DNA of 64,000 bases from Bacillota bacterium (GTDB lineage: Bacteria; Bacillota; Clostridia; Peptostreptococcales; Anaerovoracaceae). This document shows positions 26,833 through 34,491 of the stretch, piece after piece. Position 1 is the first letter of the stretch, and every line of letters starts with the position of its first letter. The position numbers were made by a program, and so were the translations under genes. The stretch is taken from positions 3,870-67,869 of the forward strand of contig JAQXIX010000026.1 in assembly GCA_029008005.1 (NCBI GenBank), in the 5' to 3' direction. The notes beneath the pieces are model-generated. The model was given only the letters and a program-made list of their open reading frames with translations, searched no databases and was not told the DNA's origin.

Positions 26833-28674
26833 ATGAAAACTGTTTTTGGTACAAAATTAAAAAGCCTGCTCGATGAAAAAGGCGTAACTATGAATAATTT
26901 AGCTTCAAAAACGAATATAAGCTATAACATGATAAAGAAATACTGTAACGGAGAGGCGGAACCGACTGTAGGATATGCGGTGAAGATTGCAGAAACGCTG
27001 GAAGTCTCGGTAGACAGTCTTATGGATTATGAACCTGAAAACAAAATGTTTAATAAAGTGTTCGAGAAAGATTTTACGTTTATTGAAGGATTCAGAAGGA
27101 TTGTAAGGAAATTCAGAAATAAAATCGCTGTGATAGATCCTGTTTACGACGTTTCGATGACATACGGAGAACTGGATGGTGAAGCAAGCCGACTAGCCAG
27201 AGCACTCCAGCGTGTGGGCGTAAGAAAGGGAGATGTGGTGATGTATCAGATGCCGAACTGCATGGAATATATATTCTTTTACCTGGCGCCTCAAAAGCTT
27301 GGAGCTGTAAACAACCCGGCAAATCCGGCTTTTTCGCCGGCTGAAACAGCGTCATGTATTGATATGAGCAGACCGAAGGTGTTTGTATATGATTCGGGTC
27401 TTAAGGAACAGGTGTGCAAAGCTCTTGAGATTGCGGAATTTAAGCCGCAGACGGTAGTGATGACCGGCTATGGTCAGGTGCCTCGTGGACACATAGGATA
27501 CAGAGATTTTGTAGCCGGATGCATTGATTGCGAACCTGATACTGACTACGAACCGCACATGTATGATGAATGCATGAGGCTTTATACGTCTGGAACTACA
27601 GGAATGCCGAAGGGGGTTCCGCTCAATCACGTTAATGAAGTTATGACTTGTCATGACGTAATGATACATTTCCCTCTTAATTCGACAGACTCAACTATGA
27701 ACACAACACCTTGGTTTCACAGAGGCGGAATTCACATCGGAGGGCCGGCGCCGACGTTTTATGCGGGAGGAACGGTTGTAATAATGAGAAGGTTTCTTCC
27801 CAAGCTTGCCTTGAAATATGTCGAACAGTTTGGCGTGACCTTCCTGATAGGTGTGCCTTCTGTAATGAAGATGCTTGTGAGAGAACAGGAGAATTTTGAA
27901 GCGGATCTTTCGGGACTCAGAGGAATCGTGACTATGGGATCACCTTTTGAAAAGGGTGACTGCATAATGGTACAAGAAAAATTGTCTCCGAACATACTTA
28001 ACGGATACGGCACAACGGAAACCTTCTGCAATACATTCCTGAGACCTTTCGATCTTCCGGAAATGGCCGGTGCTGCCGGAAGAGCCTGTGTAGATGATGA
28101 GGTAAGAGTTGCGAAACTTACAGATGATGAAAACAGGAATCCGGATGACTGTGTTGAGCGCAACGGCACGGAACAGGGTGAGGTTATCATCAGATCTCCG
28201 AAAGCATCGTATGTTTACCTAAATAACAGAGCGGAAGAAAAAAGGAAGTTTTTCAAAGGGTGGATGTACACGGGGGATATTGCGATCTGGGACGAAGAGG
28301 GGTATATTACTATTGCGGGAAGAAAGGATGATATGATTATTTCGTCGGGAGAAAACATATATCCTCCTATAATAGAAGAAGTGCTGAATTCTCACCCGAA
28401 AGTAAATTCTTCGGCAGTTGTAGGGATACCTGACGCAATCAGAGGAGAAGCGGTTACTGCATATGTTGTTCCTGAAGATGACAGCCTGACAATCGGTGAA
28501 CTTGTAAAACATTGTAGTGAATCTGAGGTGATATCATCGCAGAAGTGTCCTAGGTACTACAGGTTTGTAGAAACACTTCCGATGACAGCAACAGGAAAAC
28601 TTCAACATTTTGCGGTAAAGAATATGGCTCTTTCGGATCAGAAAGATGGATTGCTCAAACTGGCGATGAAGTGA
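26833..28674 (+). CDS. XRE-family HTH fused to a class I adenylate-forming enzyme (acyl-CoA synthetase), copy 1
   Basis: Residues 1-67 form an XRE-type HTH. These are followed by YTSGTTGMPKG, NGYGTTET, YTGD, GRKDDMIISSGENIYP and LPMTATGKL. Confidence 0.9.
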   Translation: MKTVFGTKLKSLLDEKGVTMNNLASKTNISYNMIKKYCNGEAEPTVGYAVKIAETLEVSVDSLMDYEPENKMFNKVFEKDFTFIEGFRRIVRKFRNKIAVIDPVYDVSMTYGELDGEASRLARALQRVGVRKGDVVMYQMPNCMEYIFFYLAPQKLGAVNNPANPAFSPAETASCIDMSRPKVFVYDSGLKEQVCKALEIAEFKPQTVVMTGYGQVPRGHIGYRDFVAGCIDCEPDTDYEPHMYDECMRLYTSGTTGMPKGVPLNHVNEVMTCHDVMIHFPLNSTDSTMNTTPWFHRGGIHIGGPAPTFYAGGTVVIMRRFLPKLALKYVEQFGVTFLIGVPSVMKMLVREQENFEADLSGLRGIVTMGSPFEKGDCIMVQEKLSPNILNGYGTTETFCNTFLRPFDLPEMAGAAGRACVDDEVRVAKLTDDENRNPDDCVERNGTEQGEVIIRSPKASYVYLNNRAEEKRKFFKGWMYTGDIAIWDEEGYITIAGRKDDMIISSGENIYPPIIEEVLNSHPKVNSSAVVGIPDAIRGEAVTAYVVPEDDSLTIGELVKHCSESEVISSQKCPRYYRFVETLPMTATGKLQHFAVKNMALSDQKDGLLKLAMK

Positions 28675-28738
28675 ATTATATTTCACTTGAAAAGGCGCAA
28701 AATGCAGAATATACTGGTAATAGATGAATTTTGATTCA
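28672..28738 (+). promoter_or_regulatory. Putative promoter of copy 2, flanked by two palindromic boxes
   Basis: TTGAAA(28687)-17-TATACT(28710), with TGAAT-TATA-TTTCA at 28672-28685 and TGAAT-TTTG-ATTCA at 28725-28738. Confidence 0.6.
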
Positions 28739-28764
28739 CCATGAGGATATTAAGGGAGGATATT

Positions 28765-30615
28765 ATGGAAGCAGAAACTACATTTGGCACCAACCTCAAG
28801 AAAAAACTCGAGGAAAAAAACATCACTATGACAGCGCTCGCCAACGAAACGGGCATTACTTATAACATGATAAAGAAATACTGCAACGGCGGAGCGGATC
28901 CGACTGTAAGCTATGCTCTTAAAATTGCAAAGGCTCTGGGAGTTTCAATGGATGAGCTTCTCGGTTATGAACCAAAGAAGAACATGTTCAGAGAAGTATT
29001 CGAGAGAGACTTCACATATATTGAAGGATTCATGAGAACTGTAAGGAAATTCGGAAACAAGACGGCTGTTCTGGATCCTGCAGAAGAAAAAAGCTGGACA
29101 TACAATCAGCTGAACGAAGAAGTTAACAAGCTGGCAAGAGCCCTTCAGAAAGTCGGCGTTGTTGAAGATGATGTAGTAATGTATCAGATGCCTAACAGCC
29201 CTGCATATATTTTCAGCTATCTGGCGCCGCAGAAAATTGGAGCAGTCAACAACCCGGCCAACCCGAACTTTTCGCCGGGAGAGACGTCAGTTTGCTTCGA
29301 ACTGAGCAGACCGAAAGTGTACATATATGATGCATCCTTGCAGAACACTGCTGTAAAGGCAATTGCTGAGTCGGAATTTAAACCGCAGACAATTGTAATG
29401 GTAGGTGAAGGTGAACTTCCTGCAGGTCATATTAAGTACGAGGATTTCATATCCGGGTGTTCCGAAGAAGAGCCTGTTACGGACTTCGTCCCTCATATGT
29501 ATGATGAATGTATGAGACTGTATACTTCAGGTACAACAGGAAGACCTAAGGGAGTTCCTCTTAACAATGTTAACGAAGTTATGACTTGCCATGATGTGCT
29601 TATGCACTTCCCTATGAATTCCACAGATTCAACTATGAACACAACTCCGTGGTTCCACAGAGGAGGAATCCACTCAGGAGGACCGGCACCGACATTCTAT
29701 GCAGGCGGAACAGTTGTAATCATGAGAAAGTTTATGCCTAAGCTGGCTCTTAAGTATGTTGAACAGCATAAGGTTACATTCCTCATCGGGGTTCCTTCAA
29801 TAATGAAAATGCTTGTTAGAGAGCAGCAGCGCTATGAAGCGGATCTTTCAAGCCTCAGAGGAGTTGTTACAATGGGAGCTCCTTTTGAAAGAGCAGATTG
29901 CATAACTGTTCAGGAAGTTCTCACACCTAATATTTTCAACGGATATGGTACGACAGAAACTTTCTGGAATTCATTCCTCAGGCCATTCGATCTTCCGGAA
30001 ATGTCAGGAACGGCAGGAAGAGCTTGTACAGATGACGAGGTTCGTGTAGTAAAAGTTCTTGAATCGGGAGAAAGAGCAGAACCTGATGATCTTGCTGAAA
30101 TGAATGAAAGTGAAGTGGGTGAAGTAATTATCCGTTCACCGAAGGCATCATACTGTTATTACAAGAATCCTGAAGAAGAAGCAAACAAGTTCTACAATGG
30201 ATGGATGTACACAGGTGACCTGGCAACGTGGGATAAGAATCAGTTCATTACCATCGCAGGAAGAAGAGATGATATGATTATCTCCGGAGGAGAGAACATA
30301 TATCCTCCTATTATAGAGGAAACACTGAATACACATCCTAAAGTTGCTCAGTCAGCAATTACGGGAATACCTGATACGGTAAGAGGCGAAGCAGTAGTGG
30401 CATATATAGTTCCGGAGGATGACAGCCTTACAGTAAGTGAGCTTGTTGATTTCTGCAACAACTCGGATATGCTCTCAACATACAAGCGCCCGAGATACTA
30501 CAGATTTGTAAAGGAACTTCCGATGACAGCAACAGGTAAACTGCAGCACTTTATTGTTAAGGAAATGGCTCTTACAGATCAGGAAATGGGACAGCTTAAA
30601 TTAGCAATGAAATAG
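28765..30615 (+). CDS. XRE-family HTH fused to a class I adenylate-forming enzyme (acyl-CoA synthetase), copy 2
   Basis: Same architecture and collinear with copy 1: YTSGTTGRPKG, NGYGTTET, YTGD and LPMTATGKL. SD GGGAGG precedes ATG 28765. Confidence 0.9.
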   Translation: MEAETTFGTNLKKKLEEKNITMTALANETGITYNMIKKYCNGGADPTVSYALKIAKALGVSMDELLGYEPKKNMFREVFERDFTYIEGFMRTVRKFGNKTAVLDPAEEKSWTYNQLNEEVNKLARALQKVGVVEDDVVMYQMPNSPAYIFSYLAPQKIGAVNNPANPNFSPGETSVCFELSRPKVYIYDASLQNTAVKAIAESEFKPQTIVMVGEGELPAGHIKYEDFISGCSEEEPVTDFVPHMYDECMRLYTSGTTGRPKGVPLNNVNEVMTCHDVLMHFPMNSTDSTMNTTPWFHRGGIHSGGPAPTFYAGGTVVIMRKFMPKLALKYVEQHKVTFLIGVPSIMKMLVREQQRYEADLSSLRGVVTMGAPFERADCITVQEVLTPNIFNGYGTTETFWNSFLRPFDLPEMSGTAGRACTDDEVRVVKVLESGERAEPDDLAEMNESEVGEVIIRSPKASYCYYKNPEEEANKFYNGWMYTGDLATWDKNQFITIAGRRDDMIISGGENIYPPIIEETLNTHPKVAQSAITGIPDTVRGEAVVAYIVPEDDSLTVSELVDFCNNSDMLSTYKRPRYYRFVKELPMTATGKLQHFIVKEMALTDQEMGQLKLAMK

Positions 30616-30626
30616 GAGATGATAAA

Positions 30627-31052
30627 ATGGCATACATACATGAGCAGAGAATACAGTTCTTTGATACAGATAAGATGCAGGTGACGCATCATGCCAATTA
30701 CATACGATTTTTTGAAACAGCCAGAACGGAATATCTCAGGAGCGAAGGACTCCCTTATTCAGATATGGAGAAGGGGGACTTCCAGATTCCTGTTCTGGGA
30801 GTCGAGGCGAAGTTCAAAACCCCGTCTGTTTATGATGAACTGATAGCAATAGAATGCCGTATCGGTAAAATTGCTCCGGCATCATTTGAAGTCGAGTATG
30901 AAATAAGAAATGCCGAAACAGGAAAGGTTCACGTTACAGGGCGCAGCCGCCACGGCTTTACTGATGCAAATCTCAGACCTATACCGCTTAAAAAGAAAAA
31001 TCCTGAATTGTATAATTTCTTTATGAGACTTAGCGAACAGGATAAAAAATAA
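30627..31052 (+). CDS. Acyl-CoA thioesterase (4HBT/YbgC hot-dog family)
   Basis: DTDKMQVTHHANYIRFFETARTE motif; 11 bp after copy 2, with SD AGGAG. Confidence 0.88.
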   Translation: MAYIHEQRIQFFDTDKMQVTHHANYIRFFETARTEYLRSEGLPYSDMEKGDFQIPVLGVEAKFKTPSVYDELIAIECRIGKIAPASFEVEYEIRNAETGKVHVTGRSRHGFTDANLRPIPLKKKNPELYNFFMRLSEQDKK

Positions 31053-31119
31053 TCGGATAAAGGATAATTCCTCTTCTTTCGTGATATAATGTAATATACA
31101 CACGAAAGGAGAGGAATTT

Positions 31120-31851
31120 ATGTTAAGGGACATAAAAGCTGACATAAGAAAAACAGTAGAAGATACAGTTACCGAATTTCAGAAGGACGAAAGTGTTAAA
31201 ACAGTTTTCGGAAAACCTGAAGTAGGGTTTGTAAGCTCGGCGCATCCTTTCTACGACACGCTCTTCGCCAGAGGTGTAAACGATCACCCGAAGAAAATAT
31301 ACAGACCGGGATATACGGTCATTGTACATTATGTGCCTTATGAAGAAGGAGAAAATTCTTTTTTTGATGCGGTTAAACTTACGATGGAAATAAACGGAAA
31401 TCTGAGAAGATTTCTGTATAAGCTTGGAAGGCTTACATCCAATACATGTATACCTGTCGACTGGGACAGGTCCGAACACAGAGAAGAATGGTCCAGCAAG
31501 TTCACAGCATTCATGGCAGGAATGGGTGAGTTCGGACCGGCAGGGTCGTTCCATGTTCCCGGGGACTTCACCAGAGGTATAGCCGGAACGATAATTACAG
31601 ACGGACTTTATGCTGATAAACCGCCTGAAATGACATCTGAAATGCTCGAAGAAATGTATAAAGACATTCAGAAAGCCTGTTGTTTCAAAGGCGCTGAAGG
31701 AGTATGCTGCAGCGATGAGCTCATAAACAGCTGCCCTGCAAAGGCTATTGACCGTGACGGAATAGACAGGAAGAAATGTCAGGATTATTGCGAAAAAATT
31801 AATTCGCACACTCCGAATCCCGAAGTGTGCGGTAAATGTTTCAGTTATTAA
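31120..31851 (+). CDS. QueG/epoxyqueuosine-reductase-like Fe-S protein (divergent)
   Basis: H..PK.I, WS....A..AGMG.FG and a C-terminal Cys cluster (CPAKAI, C..YC, VCGKC). An extended -10 TGATATAAT lies upstream. Confidence 0.6.
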   Translation: MLRDIKADIRKTVEDTVTEFQKDESVKTVFGKPEVGFVSSAHPFYDTLFARGVNDHPKKIYRPGYTVIVHYVPYEEGENSFFDAVKLTMEINGNLRRFLYKLGRLTSNTCIPVDWDRSEHREEWSSKFTAFMAGMGEFGPAGSFHVPGDFTRGIAGTIITDGLYADKPPEMTSEMLEEMYKDIQKACCFKGAEGVCCSDELINSCPAKAIDRDGIDRKKCQDYCEKINSHTPNPEVCGKCFSY

Positions 31852-31859
31852 CGACAAGC

Positions 31860-32777
31860 TCAGATATCGACTCTGTTAAGCTGCCTGCCATCCAGCCAGC
31901 TTTCGATATTGTCGGCCAGAACATCTATTACCTGCCGGCGCATCTCTTCAGGTGCCCAGGCAAGGTGAGGTGTGATGATGCAGTTTTCAAGCCCCATCAG
32001 CGGACATGAAGCGTCAGGCGGCTCCTGTTCCAGCACGTCTGTGGCAGCTGCTGCAATAAAGCCTGCTTTAAGTGCATCCGCGAGAGCTCTTTCATCAACA
32101 AGACCTCCGCGGGCAGTGTTAATAAGAATAGCGCCCGGTTTCATATTTACAAGAAATTGGGCGTTTACCATTTTTTTGTTTTCTTCAGTGAGAGGACAGT
32201 GAAGCGAAATGTAATCAGACTTCATCGTTTCCTCGGGATCTCTGCTGAAGATGTTAACCTTCATGTCGAAGGCCTTTGCGATTTCGGCAACCTTTCTGCC
32301 TATTGCTCCGTATCCTATAATTCCCAGAGATTTGCCTTTAAGAAGTGAAATAGGCTTTTTCCAGTAGCAGAAATAGTCGCATTCTGCCCAGTCTCCGGAC
32401 TGAACGGAGTTATTGTGAAGGCCTACGTTGTTGGTAAGTTCCAGAATAAGCGCGAATGTGTGCTGAGCGACAGCATCCGTAGCATAGGCAGGTACGTTTG
32501 TAACTGCAATGCCGAGAGATGAAGCGGCGTTAACATCAATGTTATTGTAGCCTGTAGCTGTGCATCCGATATATTTAAGATTTGGACATTGTCTGAGAAT
32601 TTCTTCTGTCAGATGACATTTGCTTGTCATAACAATGTCTGCGTCTCCAATGCGGGACAGAATTTTGTCCTGTGGTGTTTTATCAAAAACAGTTAGTTTA
32701 GTACACATCTGCCGGAGTTTTTCCCAACTTAAATCACCGGGGTTGATTGTGTATCCGTCCAGTATTACTATTTCCAT
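31860..32777 (-). CDS. D-2-hydroxyacid dehydrogenase (glycerate dehydrogenase-like)
   Basis: ILDGYTINPGDLSW, GIIGYGAIG, SLHCPLT, INTARG and TPHLAW motifs. Confidence 0.9.
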   Translation of the reverse strand: MEIVILDGYTINPGDLSWEKLRQMCTKLTVFDKTPQDKILSRIGDADIVMTSKCHLTEEILRQCPNLKYIGCTATGYNNIDVNAASSLGIAVTNVPAYATDAVAQHTFALILELTNNVGLHNNSVQSGDWAECDYFCYWKKPISLLKGKSLGIIGYGAIGRKVAEIAKAFDMKVNIFSRDPEETMKSDYISLHCPLTEENKKMVNAQFLVNMKPGAILINTARGGLVDERALADALKAGFIAAAATDVLEQEPPDASCPLMGLENCIITPHLAWAPEEMRRQVIDVLADNIESWLDGRQLNRVDI

Positions 32778-32862
32778 TATTGCCTCCAATTATCTTTAAT
32801 CTAAATAATTTTACATCAGCAGGAATGGAAAGTCCAGTTATGATATGGTACAATGGATTATT

Positions 32863-33483
32863 ATGAAAAGAATAATAGCAGCAACAAAAAACAGACATAA
32901 GATTAAAGAAATAGAGGCAATCACAAGCCAGTTCGGAATGAATATCATTTCCCGGGACGATGCGGGAGTGCCTGATGTTGAAATACCTGAAGACGGGGAC
33001 ACCTTCGAAGAGAATTCGTATAAGAAGGCTTACGGAATTATGGAACTGTCCGGAGAAATTACAGTGGCAGACGATTCCGGCCTTGAGGTTGATTACCTTG
33101 ACGGTGCTCCGGGTATTTACTCAGCCAGATTTGCCGGTGAGGGTGCCACAGATGATAAAAATAACGAGAAGCTTTTGCAGCTTATGAAGGATGTTCCCTT
33201 CGAGCAGAGAACGGCTCGGTTTGTTTCTGTAATCACTATGGTATTTCCTGACGGGAAAAGTGTCGTTGCCAGAGGAACCGTTGAAGGACATCTGGCATAT
33301 GAACTCAAGGGAGAAAGAGGGTTCGGATATGACCCTATGTTTATCCCTGAAGGATACAGCGAGACTATGGGGGAAATCAGCGGCGAGGAAAAAAACAGAA
33401 TAAGTCACAGAGCAAATGCTCTGAAAGTTCTGAGAGAAAAGCTCCGGGAGGAATTTGGAGATTTTGAAGCATCTGGTAAATAG
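32863..33483 (+). CDS. rdgB: RdgB/HAM1 non-canonical purine NTP pyrophosphatase
   Basis: ATKNRHK, ADDSGL, GFGYDP and KNRISHR motifs. Confidence 0.93.
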   Translation: MKRIIAATKNRHKIKEIEAITSQFGMNIISRDDAGVPDVEIPEDGDTFEENSYKKAYGIMELSGEITVADDSGLEVDYLDGAPGIYSARFAGEGATDDKNNEKLLQLMKDVPFEQRTARFVSVITMVFPDGKSVVARGTVEGHLAYELKGERGFGYDPMFIPEGYSETMGEISGEEKNRISHRANALKVLREKLREEFGDFEASGK

Positions 33484-34450
33484 ATTCAAGAGGATGTGTG
33501 TTGTCGGGATCAGGCAATTGCAGGACCCCTATTATCACGGCTTCGCGGCGCAGATATCTTTTTATCTGCTGCTGTCGGTAGTCCCTATTTTAATACTCAC
33601 AACACAGGTGCTCGGCCTGTTTGACATCAACGTAGGGTTGATTCTGAATCTTGTGGAGCGATATACGGACCGAAAAATATCAGAGATGATTAATTCTCTG
33701 TTTAAATTTAATTCTATCGGTTTCGGTAATGTCGTTCTCCTGATGATAGCTTTATGGGCAGGATCGAGAGCGACCTTCGCGATTTCAAGAATAACGAATT
33801 ACACGATGACCGAAGGCAATACAACGGGGAGAAATTATTTTATCGAGAGACTGAGAGCGATAGGAACTACTTTCGTTACTGTCGTATCTCTTGTTATGGC
33901 ACTGATTATTCTCTGTTACGGTAAGATAATTCTGATTCTGATTCTGAACCTTTTCAAGATAGAGAATGCAGCCTATGTAGACAGTATATGGATGTCATTG
34001 AGATGGCCTCTCGGATTCATTCTGTATTTCGCAGTCGTAAGCTGGATATTTTATATTACGCCTTCTGTTAAAAGAACCTTTGTAAATTGCGTTCCGGGGG
34101 CGATATTTGCTTCTGTGGGAATGATAATAGTCACCGCAGGGTATTCATTTTACAATACATCGCTGGTTCATTACGACATTATGTACGGAGCGCTTTCATC
34201 AGTTGTTGCGCTTATGATCTGGTTCCTGCTTCTTTCGTGGGTCCTTATTCTTGGCGTGCTCTGCAACAAGGTGTTTGAAGACACCGCGGAACCTTTTGAT
34301 GAGGGAGATGAACGTAACGGCTGCCGGAGCAAGTACGATATGGATCCGGATAACGTTGATATTCGTGTTATTACAGACCTGATAACAAAAAGCGCGGGAC
34401 ACAAAAATAAAGTTACAGAAAAACGCAGAAAACCGATAAATCGTGAATAG
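33455..34450 (+). CDS. YihY/BrkB-family membrane protein
   Basis: AAQISFYLLLSVVP, PGAIFA and YDIMYGAL motifs; multi-pass membrane protein. Confidence 0.85.
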   Translation: MEILKHLVNRFKRMCVVGIRQLQDPYYHGFAAQISFYLLLSVVPILILTTQVLGLFDINVGLILNLVERYTDRKISEMINSLFKFNSIGFGNVVLLMIALWAGSRATFAISRITNYTMTEGNTTGRNYFIERLRAIGTTFVTVVSLVMALIILCYGKIILILILNLFKIENAAYVDSIWMSLRWPLGFILYFAVVSWIFYITPSVKRTFVNCVPGAIFASVGMIIVTAGYSFYNTSLVHYDIMYGALSSVVALMIWFLLLSWVLILGVLCNKVFEDTAEPFDEGDERNGCRSKYDMDPDNVDIRVITDLITKSAGHKNKVTEKRRKPINRE

Positions 34451-34491
34451 ACAGAATGCGTACAGATAAATGCTATTCGAAAGGAATGCAG

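Noticed and set aside
26833-30615. The two similar genes as an assembly duplication or mobile-element repeat
   Set aside because: The copies differ throughout at synonymous and non-synonymous sites, and no transposase, terminal repeats or target duplications are visible.
26833-31052. menE plus DHNA-CoA thioesterase (menaquinone) or an NRPS-like cluster
   Set aside because: No other men genes, carrier protein or condensation domain is in the window, so a specific pathway cannot be supported.
31123-31857. 244-aa antisense ORF covering the QueG-like gene
   Set aside because: It is an exact mirror-frame shadow. The plus-strand gene has the SD, the promoter and the Cys motifs.
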